Shown here: positions 28,290-40,593 of the stretch, one piece after another | How the letters are laid out: every line of letters begins with the position of its first letter | How positions within the stretch are numbered: the stretch's first letter is position 1 | Source: Balanoglossus misakiensis | Lineage: Eukaryota; Animalia; Hemichordata | Reading direction: 5' to 3' | NCBI GenBank assembly: GCA_040954595.2 | Contig: CM082582.2 | Span: 1,302,001-1,366,000 of the forward strand | DNA length: 64,000 nucleotides | The notes under the pieces: model-generated | Seen by the model: only the letters and a program-made list of their open reading frames with translations | What the model was told of the DNA's origin: nothing | The model's database searches: none | Position numbers and translations under genes: made by a program

Positions 28290-29545
28290 CTTTTTGAGCA
28301 AAGAGGCCAAAATGATATTTTTTTCCCTCAGTGGGGTCAGTAAGAGTGGGTTTTTTAGTACTTTTATTTATCATTTGATCACCAATGGGAAGAAAATGGC
28401 ATAATTTTCGTATTTTCTAGAAATGACACTTTTTGGGCAAAAACTTGCCAAAAAGGCACTTTTATCTTGAGTGGCATCAATAAAACTGCTTTTTTGGAAA
28501 CTTTTCACATACAGTGGGCATATAATTCATTATCAGATCTCCGAAAGTGAAGAAAATATATAAATTTTGAGTGTTTTCTGAAAATGACGTTTTGGGGGCA
28601 AAAAGTGGCAAAATGGCATTTTTTCTTGAGTAGGATCAATAAGACTGCTATTTCTGGAATCAGCACCATTTTTTACATAGGATGAACATTTCATATATAA
28701 CATGATCTCTGAGCTTTATGAAGAAAAGTTTGTTTTTAATTTTTTTTCTAAAAATGGCCTTTTTGGGCAAAAACTTTCCAAAAGGGCATTTTTGCATTAG
28801 GTTGGGTCAATAAATCTGCTTTTTTCGAATAATCACCAGATTTTACATAGGGTGGGCATATAATACATTATCAGATCTCCGAAAGTGAAGAAAATATATA
28901 AATTTTGTGTGTTTTCTGAAAATGACGTTTTGGGGCAAAAAGTGGCAAAAATGGCATTTTTTTCTTGAGTAGGGTCAATAAGACTGCTATTTCTGGAATC
29001 AGCACCATTTTTTACATAGAATGGACATTTCATATATCCAATGATCTCTGAATATGATAAACACAATTTATTTTTAGTTTTTTTGTAAAAATGACCTTTT
29101 TTGACCACAAAAAGTGGCCAAAAATGGCATTTTTGTATTGATTGAGGTCAAAAAGACTGCTTTATTTTTTAAAGTCACCACTTTTAACATAGAATTGACT
29201 TTCCATATATCACCAGATCAATCATTATGAAGAAAACCGTGTGTTTTATTTTTTTTCTAAAAATGACGTTTTTGGGGCAAAAATTGGTCAAAAAGGCAAT
29301 TTTCTGTTGTTTTGGGTCAATCGAACTACTTTTTTCGTAATATTCACCAAATTTTACATAGAATAAGCATATCATATGTTATCAGATCTCAGAATGTGAC
29401 GAAAACAATGTGTTTTTAGTGTTTTCTAAAAAAGACCATTTTGGGGTTAAAAAAGGCCAAAATGGCAATTTTGTCTTGAGTGGGGTTAATAAGACTGACT
29501 TTTTTGGAATGAGCACCATTTTTTACATAGAATGGACTTCTCAAA
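28290..29545. repeat. Diverged ~170-bp tandem repeat (~7 units) with ~340-bp dimeric periodicity
   Basis: aaaatgacgtttt(t)ggggcaaaaagtggc...tcaataagactgc recurs about every 170 bp; ttatcagatctccgaaagtgaagaaaatatataaatttt at ~28530 and ~28868. Confidence 0.85.
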
Positions 29546-31860
29546 CCTTCCTTACCAAAAATTCTGATTAACGGCACCTATCTCATAGTGTAACCAGACT
29601 ACAAGTGAAGAACCCCAGTAACAGACGTAACGAACAAACAAACTACATGTACTAACAACAAAGCAAGAAAAGTGTCAAGCGTCGTCAAAGAAAACGAAAT
29701 AGTTCTAGCATGGTTGGTAAAAGTTATTGGTAGAAAACGAATAGGGCCTTCTACAAATGACGTCTCAGACCCGCAAACGCCACCAGAACACAAAACACAT
29801 GCACAGAACAGTTTAAGCCGGTTGTTGTATGGAGCAGCAATAATCTGCGGTTGGGCCGTCGTAGATTTTCGCTGGTGGTGAAAATAAATAAAACACGATC
29901 GATGTTCGATTTATTCCAGATCACATGCGTTTACGGCCAGAAGAGAGCATAAAAGTCTTCAAATGACCATGTGGTGGCGCACTTTTTCCGATTGGCTGTA
30001 TTTCAATTTGTTCGTGGTAAATTAATTTTGTGGAGGTGACCGGCACTGAAGCTCTTAGCTAGGATGAGGTGGGATGGAAAAATGCCCCATTTGACTCATT
30101 TTAGCTGTTTTAAAATATACGACTATTTATAGACAAAAGGAAAATAAAACAAGCGCAAAAACATACCAAACCTAGTTTTATTAATTACAAAAAAAATTGC
30201 TGAGTAAAGGTTTTCATGTGGGCATTCACTTTGAACTTGCTAAATTAATTTAAAGAGACAAAGTCGCTCTCTCTTTGTCCTTTTGCGATGATGGAATGCT
30301 TGCTTGAAGTCTCTCGTGCAATAAATGATGTCGATTCATACATGTATGGATGGTGTATAGGTGGTCGGAATTTACATGTCTTTGCCACGTCCAAACCAAA
30401 AACACATAAAATCAAACTTTGGGTCATGAAATCGAGTTTTGTTACAGTCTAGAATTTCATGCCACCCCTTTTGGTCATATTATTCTTGGTAGGCAAAAGT
30501 GACAAGTAGTCAAGTTTCAACACAGGCAACATTTTTACAAACAAACCACAAAGAAGACATCAAAAGGGAGAGAATTATAGAATGGTCAATGTGTGAATAG
30601 TTAAGATACGTAAAGTGGCCGGGTTCAACATAACATTAACTCATCGACTTCATATCGTCTTCATGCCATGGTTTTGCCTGCCCTGAAAGTTCTTGTCGTT
30701 GCAGAAGTGGTTTTGACAGAAAGAATTTAGTCTTCCGGGATGTTTGTGATTATTTGAACACCAGACAATACAATGCAACCTTGACTTCCAAAATACTTAC
30801 CGGCATTGCATTATCTTACCATGGTTAGGCCTACAGAGAACAAATTTTCAACAATATTTTCTGAGTTACCGCTGATATTTGTTTTGTAGTATGGATATTA
30901 AATTATACATCCCGATACAAAACAGAATGTTATAGAATCCTTCCTGAGTGATATTGAAAAAAATACCGGAATGCTATAGCCTAATCTATGGTTAGGGTTA
31001 TTGCTATTATTTTATATCAGTAATCGACTTTGTGTATATCAATGTCATTTTCATAACGAAAATGAACTCGAGTCTAATGTAAACGTTACGAATTGATCGA
31101 AAGGCGCTCTGATGAATGTTAACACGAGTGCGCAATGACAAGACATGCATCGTGCATGACAGTGACAACAGTTCCAATAGAGCAGTTAAAAAATAAACCG
31201 GCCGTCCGTAAATTTATCAGCTATATTTTTTTTTATTTAGTCACGTTTTCCCTGTTGCATGCTATTAGTTCAGGGGCCAGTTTTAGCAGTGCTCTATTGA
31301 GTACTTTCGTATCGATGGATTGATCTCTCGTCCAATCAGAATGGCGGATGGTAGCATGATCCGACATATTGCGTATTACAATAGGGCTTCCTCATACAGG
31401 TCAGAACAGAGAGGTCATTCCTTTTATTTTAGGACGTCTCAGCTCCTTTGTCTTTTCTGTTATTTTTTGACAAATGCGGATTGACGTTCCATTTCCAATT
31501 GGCGATAATTATATTTATTTGTATTTTATTGCATAAGCGCTTGCTAGTCGTTTTTTAGCAATTTTTTTTGTAGTACAAAAACACTGAAGAAAACGAAATA
31601 TTTTATTCATTCGCACTTCCAAAGAACACCGTGACATAATTCCTCAATTTGCATTTCAGTGTGTGTGTCTGGTGTGTCTGCATTGACGTGAGGCGCATTC
31701 TCCACCCGCACACATACGTTGCATTGCATTCTTTGACTAATTAGTGTTACGTCATGTTGAAGCAGGATTCTGATTGAGTAGTAAGTAAGTTGCATAATTG
31801 ACGCACAGCTGGTGCCTCGTTCTCGTACCGCTGACCATTGCATTTGAAAAATCATTGCAG

Positions 31861-31923
31861 CTTTGACGTTCATCAAGCATGGAGGTCCCGGTCGCCTCCA
31901 TGCTTGATGATGTCGTTTCTCTG
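31861..31923 (+). other. Putative 63-nt exon containing a 20-bp hairpin
   Basis: aaatcattgcag acceptor; ctg|gtaagca donor with the same gtaagca as the downstream exons. Confidence 0.45.
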
Positions 31924-32168
31924 GTAAGCATGGCATTTAATGTTATTTTACAAGTACATGTACACTCCTTCTAGCAAAAACTGGTCGTGGTAGGGCGAGA
32001 GGGTCCTCCCAACATCGAAATTCTGACTTTGGGAAGCGTTACAGCACCAAACAGTAAACTCACAGTCGCATGGAATTTGTGCGTTATATTACACCGTGCG
32101 AGTAAATTGTACGTCGTTCGTTGGCTCGAGTCAGCTTTGTTATTGTGGAGCAGGTGGTACCGTAACAC

Positions 32169-32581
32169 CACAGGGGGCTCTCCCTAGGCGATTTTATTGT
32201 TTGTTTGTTGTTGTTGATTGGCATAATAAACAAATACATATTTCTTTATTAATAAATATGGTTTGTTGACATGTAAGGGTTAGGTTATTAGGGTATATTT
32301 GACAGGTTATGGTATATTCAACGGTTAGAATTAGTGTTGGCATTTTTTCGATCCATGGCCGGCATCACCCCCCCAAACCCCCCCCCCCACCCCCTGTGGC
32401 TTAGTGATGCCCGGGGCCGTGGATCGAAAAAAATGCCAACAGTAACCCTAACTGTTGAATATACCCTAACACTTACATGTCAACAAACCATATTTATTAA
32501 TAAAGAAATATGTATTTGTTTATTATGCCAATCAACAACAACAAACAAACAATAAAATCGCGGAGGGAGGAGCCCCCTGTG
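32169..32581. mobile_element. Foldback MITE with CACAGGGGG termini and 7-bp TSD (GTAACAC), P-superfamily-like
   Basis: gtaacac|cacagggggct...agccccctgtg|gtaacac; arms almost fully complementary over more than 150 bp. Confidence 0.85.
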
Positions 32582-32783
32582 GTAACACACTACAGTATAA
32601 CTTTTAAGGCAAGCGATAGCGAATAAACTGACCAGGGTTGGTTTTGTTGTTGGGGAGATTTTTGGCACCATTGAGACTGTTAAAAGCTACCAGTGGGAGC
32701 TATGGTATAGCCGTTAACACGCAGCCCTGCCACGCAGAGCTTCTATGACTGGTTACTAACTTCTATGTCTATTTGATTCACAG

Positions 32784-32858
32784 ATGCTGCCTGAAACTGT
32801 CTGCGTTTCAACTCGGGATTCTCTTCCTTGTCCGGGGCGAGTTTAAGACCGCTCAATG
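32784..32858 (+). other. Putative exon A1 (75 nt)
   Basis: Branch point tactaac, acceptor atttgattcacag, donor tg|gtaagca; only open frame is CCLKLSAFQLGILFLVRGEFKTAQ. Confidence 0.6.
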
Positions 32859-33100
32859 GTAAGCATGACTTGCTTTATATTTGCTTTTATCGGGTGTTGC
32901 AACCGAAACAATAGGAAGAAATGTATGTCTACGAACTAATTTACATATTCCAGCTTTCAATACAATGTACCTGTTTTTTCCCCTTCGAATTCTGGCCTCG
33001 ATTGCTTGTGATATGATCGTGATGTCATGAATTAGATGGACAACTCACAAGTTCAAATCTTCACGTGGAGCATAAAATAAATGTGGATGCATTTCCTTAA

Positions 33101-33447
33101 AGGGACAAAGTCTCTCTCTCGCTGCCCTTTTTTCCATTAATTATATTTGATACAAGACACCGTTTGTTATTCTACATGTAGATATATAGTGAATGAACGT
33201 TCAGCCACACACAACTTCCGTCCCACTTGTAGACACGAGAGTAAAAATACTCGCCAAAATGAATAATCGTTCTTTACCATTTATTCATTTTGGGCGAGTT
33301 TTTACTCTCATATCATACAAGCGGGATGGAAGTTTTGTGTGGTTGATCATTTATTCACTATATATCCAAATGTACATTGACATAAACAGTGTCTTGTATC
33401 AAACATAATTAATGGAAAAAGGACAGCGACAGAGAGACTTTGTCCCT
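33101..33447. mobile_element. Full-length palindromic MITE, AGGGACAAAGTCTCTCT TIR, TTAA TSD (Kolobok-like)
   Basis: cc ttaa|agggacaaagtc...gactttgtccct|ttaa cc; empty site ttccTTAAccatatag in the paralogous copy at 39561-39576. Confidence 0.93.
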
Positions 33448-33785
33448 TTAACCATATAGCTAAAATTACTCCCATATCAATACACAGGGAGATACTTTAA
33501 CTTTGGCTGAACGTGTGCTAGTCCAACACTATGCTTAATCAAACTGGCTAAGAGATCTGTTATTATATTAGACGCATGAAGGAAAGTAATGTTGTTTAGA
33601 GTGAAATAAAACAATACTTTAGGCCAGAAAGAAAAATGTAAATCATGACACAAATAGGCTGGAAATTTTTTCTGACCCTATATTATACCATGTTTTGCAT
33701 ATTTTCACTAATTTGTATGGCCCACATAATTCTAAAGCAAGGTTGATTGGTTACTAATTAATATTTGCATATATTTGATTCACAG

Positions 33786-33858
33786 TCTTAAACACAGCAT
33801 TTCAACGTATGCCGGAGGAGGAAGAGAATACCTAGGCCTGATCCAAGACCGCTTTCCG
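33786..33858 (+). other. Putative exon B1 (73 nt)
   Basis: tactaat branch, atttgattcacag acceptor, cg|gtaagca donor; open frame LKHSISTYAGGGREYLGLIQDRFP continues the frame of A1. Confidence 0.6.
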
Positions 33859-35331
33859 GTAAGCACACCTTGCTGTATACATGCTCCATAGCTTGTTTGT
33901 AAATGCTACCTTTTCCCATCAAATAGTGAAGTCACCCTTTTAAAATTATGGTGGTGGCAAGCCACAACTGGTTATCATGAAGAGTTGGACACCACTAATA
34001 ATCATTTTAATATTTTCCAATTGGTAACCTTTATGTACCACTATCCTCAACAATTTCAGTCAACAAGATTCATATTGCGCTGTATAGCAAGGCCAAACAA
34101 ATATGACTGATTGATAGGGATTTTTCTGAAAATGTGACAAAATCAACAAATAAACAATAATCAGTCACCAATCATGCATTATGTGTTATTCGAGGGAACC
34201 TGAGCGGGTCCCATAAACCTGCCAACCCATGCTAGCCATGAATTTACAAATGTTTCCGTCATACTATGCAGAAAATTCTGGCTGCTTTAAATAGGTTTTT
34301 CACTTTGCGCTAGGTGTCAAATCTCATTGCATTCTGGGCGGAAAGTCCATAACCAACTGTAGTAAGAGATAGAAGAAATGATATGTTTACTGTATTTCAT
34401 GACTTCCTTCGGTCAAACATTTCTGTCTCGGTAGTTAGCATATTAAACTTTTTTTCACTTTTGCTATTTTTTCTGTTAAAAAGTTCAAGAATGACCCATC
34501 ATCATTTTAGCTTATGAACTCCCATTTCTTTAACATGGCAAAAATCGGCCATCTTGAAATTATCGACCGTATGAGATTTTCATCACTCATTTAGGGTAGC
34601 TTAAAACGTGTTTAAAGTAGGGAGAATTGTATAGGCAAGACTTGGGCTGTAAATTTGATGAAATAGCTACATGACTATTGTTCACAAGCAGCTGACTGTA
34701 CTGTAAGACTGGAAGTGTTGTGTACATATTTTACATATTCAATATTTGTAATTAGACCATGTCATGTATATCTTGGGGATTGCTCGATCACAATGTCTCT
34801 GCTGGTACAATGTCCTTTTAACATGTTCAGTAATATGGTAGTAATTGTAAGTTTGTGTGCGGCATTTGTAAATTATTTACAATTTATAAATTATTTTGTA
34901 AGTTTCTTCATTCTCAAATTGCTTGCCTAACGTACTGCATTAACATTAAAATTTTGGTATGATTTTGAGTAGACTTTTTGTTTCAAAATTATTTTTGACA
35001 CTTTTGGGTGATATGATTTTACATGGAAAATCTGATTTCCCTGTAATTCGGTTGACAGGATTTTCACAATATCTCTAAATCATGAAGTACATGTATCAGA
35101 CTTGCATCAGGCCCCCAAAATTCTAGTCGCCTTTGGCAAGTAATATTAGCCATTGATCTGGGAAAGTTACAAAAATGTGTTGTCCAAGGACGTTGAAGGT
35201 ACATGTGGTTTTTACACTTGCTGCATGTTTATAATTTGCAATAGAAATAGACACTCAGTGCCAGCCCACTATCCCGTCTCTTTATTGCTGACTTGTATGT
35301 ATGTACGTATGTACGCATTTTATCAGAATTA

Positions 35332-38300
35332 TTAGGTCCCATTTGGTATATGTATTTATACCATGGTACCTTACGGGATCAGTTGCACCTGTATGTATGG
35401 ATGTTTGTATGTCCATCAACATCAAACATTTGGAAACTACTGGCATTTCACCTTGATATTTAATGTGCAGACAGGGCAGTAGATGGGAGTTTGTCTAAGT
35501 GAAGTTGTCATTGCCAAAATATGCAAATTAGCTGGGAAAGTGTCAAATTCGTCAAAACTTGGGAACTCAACAACTACTGGGCAAATTGCTTTCAAAATTG
35601 ATAATTGGTATGCATGTACCTTATGGTATCCTCTCACAATTCTACATGTTGTGAGCTAATAATGTGAATTTTCTATTTTTAAGCATTTTTTTTGTCTCTT
35701 TCCACATTGTCGGTAAAAACCTACTTTTCTGGAATTGATCAGCTGACTTGTTTGAAATTTATTATGAAGCTTCATAGGTGATCTGAGTTACCAACCATAG
35801 TTTTGTTTAAATTGTTGCCAAAAATTGCGTATTTATAATTTTGGAGCAATTTTTAGGTCCCATTTGGTTTATGTACATATATACGATTGGGACCTTATGG
35901 AATCAGTTGCATTTGTATGTATGAGTGAATGGATGAAAACCGCTGGGCATATCACTTCCATATTTAGTGTGTAGATGCAGGCGGGGCTGTAGATGGGATT
36001 TTGTTCAAATGAAATTGTCATTGCCAAAATATTACCTGTGTAAATGTGAAATTGGTCAAAAGTCAGAAACTTGACAACCACTGGTCAGATTGGTATGTCA
36101 ATGAACCCCATACAGTCCTGTATGTTGTGAGCTAATATTATGAATTTTCTAATGTTTATTAATTTTTTTTGTCTTTTTCCACATTATTGGTAAAAAAAAA
36201 TCTTCACTTCTGAAAGCGATAGTCCGACTCCTTCGAAATTTAGTATGAAGCTTCCTATGGGTGGTCCGAGTTACCATATTTTTTGTTCAGATTGTTGTAA
36301 AATAGGCATATTTATAATTTTGAGCAATTTTGCCAATTAAGGTCAGAATGCTTTGCAATTTGGTAGGCAGATTCCCAGGGGTAACCCAAGGAAGATGTCA
36401 TAAAAATGGTTAAAACTGCGTGCTTGTGTTATTGGGGATATTTTTGCAATCTTTGTCAAAAACTGTTTTCTGTTAAACCGTTCAAACCCTTGTCAGATTG
36501 CTTTGAATTTTGGCAGGAATGTTCCTTGTAGTGATTGAAGTAAGATGGTGTACAATTATAGAGATGTTTGCATATTTGTGTTTTTGCCACTTTTGAACAA
36601 ATGTGTTTTTCTTTGAAACTGCTTTTTTGATGGCTTTGAAATATGGTAGGAATATTCCTAGGGGTAACCCAATTTTTAGCTCACCTGAAAATCACGTGAG
36701 CTTATAGTTTAGCGATGTCTGTGTATGTGTGTGTCTGTCTGTATACCCGATATCTCAAGAACCGCTGAACCGATTTCAACCAAATTTAGTACACAGGTTC
36801 AGATATCATATGGCAAGAACTGAAAAGGTTTTGGTGGGTGTGGCTTTGATATTAATGAAGTTATTAAAGTTTTAATTTTTCTATTACATGGTTGTCTATG
36901 AGAGCTTTCGTTAATGCTGCATATATGACCAGTGGAAACGATAGTTTGAGGAGATCGACTGTTTGAGGGCGCTATGAAATGAGACATTCCTGGCGATATT
37001 GCCGTGGTTCTGTCCATGCTCAGACGCTGTACCCGTCGTTACGAATAACTTCCCTACGTGAATCCACAAGGAAGCTAACGTTGTTTAGTTGCTTCATAGA
37101 GCGTAAATTGTTAATCTACAGGACCGTCAGACGAATACTCTTTTCAAATGAAGTTTGAAACTACTTACGAGTAAGTTAGTGGAGACAATATGGCGGATAG
37201 TTGGCGTGCAGCCGAATCCGCGTTATGACTATGACGTGACCCATTCATCAAGACAAACCGTAAATGATTCACGCATATTGTGGTCCTCACGCAGTCAATC
37301 TCAAAATGTCACCAGGCTTTCTATTTGTCTATTGTTCAGAGAAAAATAACATGGCGGTTGATCACACTCAACAGTAAAATCCGTTTTGTGTGTTTATAGA
37401 CAGTCTGTTATCGCCAATACTATATAGCGATTGCTAGATGGCCTACCCAATATGTGATCGAGCGAGAATGACAACATTGAATGTCTGTTCAGATCTCATT
37501 CCGTACGTCATACGTCAACATTTCGATTTCGATTTAATCCATTCATAAAGAATTTAGAGAAAGTCGTCTTGAATTGTGACCCCGACTATCAATTAGTTTA
37601 CGATGATTTTTTGGCGACGGAATACACGAGACGCCATTGCATAACTACGTCAGCTGGACTTCCAAGGTTACCATTTTGTGTGTATGGAATCTTATCACAG
37701 AGCCTACGTACTTTGACAATATGCCATGCTATATCAATGACGCCCCAGAAAATTTGTCAAAAAATGAATTTGTCTTCTCATGGTGGTGCAATATATTTTA
37801 ATGTCTATTTTGAGGTTGATTTTGGTTTTTGGCTAACATGTATATAAATGTCAGCTTATAGCATAAGTTGGTGTCCGTCGGCTATGTATGTCTGTATGTG
37901 TGCCTCATACAGAATTATGTATTTTGTGAATGGATCAGTTTCGTCTTAAAGTATTGATGTATGTATGTGTATGTCCATCAACATCAAAAACTTGAAACTA
38001 CTGATATTTAGTGTGTACATAGAAATTGTTATTGCGAAAAAATGCATACTGGTATTAACTGGAAAAATGTTCAAATAGTCAAAATTGAAAAACTTAATAA
38101 CAGCGGATCAGATTAAGTTAAAAATTGGCGTGCATTGGTGTGCAAGTACTTTGGGAAGACCTCGTATGATTTTGTTCAGGTGGAGTCAGTATCTGGCGTT
38201 TCCTATTTTTTATGAATTTTTTGGGGAATTTTCTGCAGTTTTGTTTAAAAAAAATTTTCTCTGAAATTACATGTCCAATTGATTGGAAACTTGGTATGGA

Positions 38301-38760
38301 GGTTCATAGGGCTTACCTGAATCACATTTGTGCAAACGGTGGTGAAATTTGCAAAAATGCATTTTTGGGCAATATTTCCTGTTTTTGCCAAAAAATCCAA
38401 TCCTGTGAAATGTAGGTGCAATTGTTTTGATACTTTGTATTTGGGTTTCTAGGGGTGATCTCAGTCAGATATGATCAAATTGTAATGAAATTTGCATAAT
38501 TGTATTTTTTGGGAATTTCTGCAGGGTTTGGCCAAATAGTCTTCGGTAATACCACAAGTCCAATTGGTTGGAAACTTTGAATGGGAATTCATATATGTGA
38601 TATCAGTCAGATTTGTCTGAATTTCCTGTTGTTTGCCAAAATGTCTTCCTTATTGAAACTTGTTAAAGAGGTTCTTAGGCATGAACAGAAATCAGATTTG
38701 TTGAAATCTGGTGAAATATTCATACTTTTTGGTATATTTCTTGCCATTTTTGATCAAAGA
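35332..38760 (+). mobile_element. Cluster of Helentron/DINE-1-like non-autonomous elements
   Basis: 5' hairpins taggtccca...tgggaccta-like (35332, 35853), tttttagctcacctg...gtgagct (36673) and tttttggctaacat...atgtcagct (37826), each followed by a (tgta/tgtc)n microsatellite and AT-rich internal repeats. Confidence 0.65.
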
Positions 38761-39268
38761 GTTTTAGAATTCCATAGACTTATTATTTTTATGCAGTTCA
38801 GGATGGGGTACATGACTCATAACCCCTTACAAAAATTGACAAGGCAACAATTCCACAAACATGTTTACATTTCACAATGGTGCAACACACAACCCTTACA
38901 CCATATACACTATAAACCAAAATGGTTTAAAACTGGTTTTTCTAATCTTGTTATTCTGTCAACCAATCACAGTACTGCACGTGAGCATATTCAGTTAATA
39001 TCTGGTTCCTGATTGCTTTGGAAGTTAGTTAACAATTTCATAACACATGTACATGTATGTGCAACTTTGATTAAATTCTGGTTGTCAATATTTAGGTAGT
39101 TTGTTGTAAATTTCTTTGTTTTTGGATAGCAAATCTTTTTAACCAATTGCTCAGTTTCTTTGAAAGTTACTGTTAACAAGGAGAGTTAGTACACCCAACT
39201 TAGACTTTTACACCCAACTTAGAGCTACTATGACTGGTTACTAACTTCTATATCTATTTGATTCACAG

Positions 39269-39343
39269 ATGCTGCCTGAAATTGTCTGCATTTCAACTCG
39301 GGATTCTCTTCCTCGTCTGGGGCGAGTTTAAGACCGCTCAATG
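39269..39343 (+). other. Putative exon A2 (paralog of A1)
   Basis: Same splice signals; 4 substitutions versus A1. Confidence 0.6.
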
Positions 39344-40520
39344 GTAAGCATGACTTGCTGTATATTTGCTTTTATCGGGCGTGGCACAACCGAAACAATA
39401 GGAAACAATGTATGTCTACGAACTAATTTACACCTTCCAGTTATCAATACTTTTTTCCTTCGAATTCTAGCCTCGATTGCCTGTGATATGATCGTGATGA
39501 CATGAATTAAATGGTCAAGTTCAAATCTTCATGTGAAGCATAAATTAAATTTGGATGCATTTCCTTAACCATATAGCTAGAAATTACTCCCATACCAATA
39601 CACGGGGAGATACCGTAATTTTGGCTGAAAGTGTGCTAGTCCAACACTATGCTTCATCAAACTGGCTAAGAGATCTATTATTATATATAGACACATGAAG
39701 GAAAGTAATGTTGTTTATAGTGAAATAAAACAATACCTTAGGCCACAAAGAAAAATATAGATCACGACACAAACAGGCTGGAGTTTTTTTCAAAAATGTG
39801 TGCATAAGATCATATTGGCCCATGGTAATCAAAGCCAAAGCAGCCCAGTTCCAAATTCGAAACTCAGCTCAGTACCAGAAACTTGCTCAAAGCTACCAAA
39901 TGCACAGAAAGTTTTGAGAATCTAGATGAAAAATCACCAAGCGACTAGTGCGCTTGTCTATGTTCAATGTGTCTTCCCTGGTAACAACATGTACTTCTGC
40001 CACCATGCCATGAGATATACTGACAGCCACGTTTGAAACATTTTAGTATACTGATATTCAAAGTTTAAATGTAAAGGCTTACTTTTCTATAGTAAAATAA
40101 ATGTTTTATAATTGCCAACAATTTACATTCTTGCGCTAATCAGTTGTATGAAAAGTGAGGTGGATCAAATGTAAGTTTCATTTTCACAACAAACATTAAG
40201 AAATCATTGTACAGTGTTACGTAGATGTCAAAGTGTGTGTACACCTGTCGTTTACAGATATGATGTCAGTTTCACTTGTCACCTAACTGCCATGTTTGTG
40301 GTATACCCATGTGGACCACTTTACTGCAGTACTGATGTAAATGGAGTTTCAAGATCGCTGTTACAGATTTCTCTGATTCGTATTCCACGTACATTATCGC
40401 AGCACAGTCTGACCCTATATTATACCATGTTTTGCATATTTTCACTAATTAGTATGGCCCAAATAATTTTAAAGCAAGGTTGATTGGTTACTAATTGATA
40501 AGCATATATTTGATTCACAG

Positions 40521-40593
40521 TCTTAAACACAGCATTTCAACGTATGCCGGAGGAGGAAGAGAATACCTAGGCCTGATCCAAGACCGCTTTCCG
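40521..40593 (+). other. Putative exon B2 (identical to B1)
   Basis: Same splice signals; 73/73 identical by eye. Confidence 0.6.

Larger units (their letters stand above)
32740..36670 (+). repeat. Tandem segmental duplication, copy 1
   Basis: Colinear with ~39222-44445 (e.g. 32745 vs 39230, 33786 vs 40521, 34715 vs 41641, 35332 vs 42153). Confidence 0.9.

Noticed and set aside
30985-31002. Telomeric TTAGGG-like motifs
   Set aside because: Only one or two units, as commonly found inside MITEs; not an interstitial telomere array
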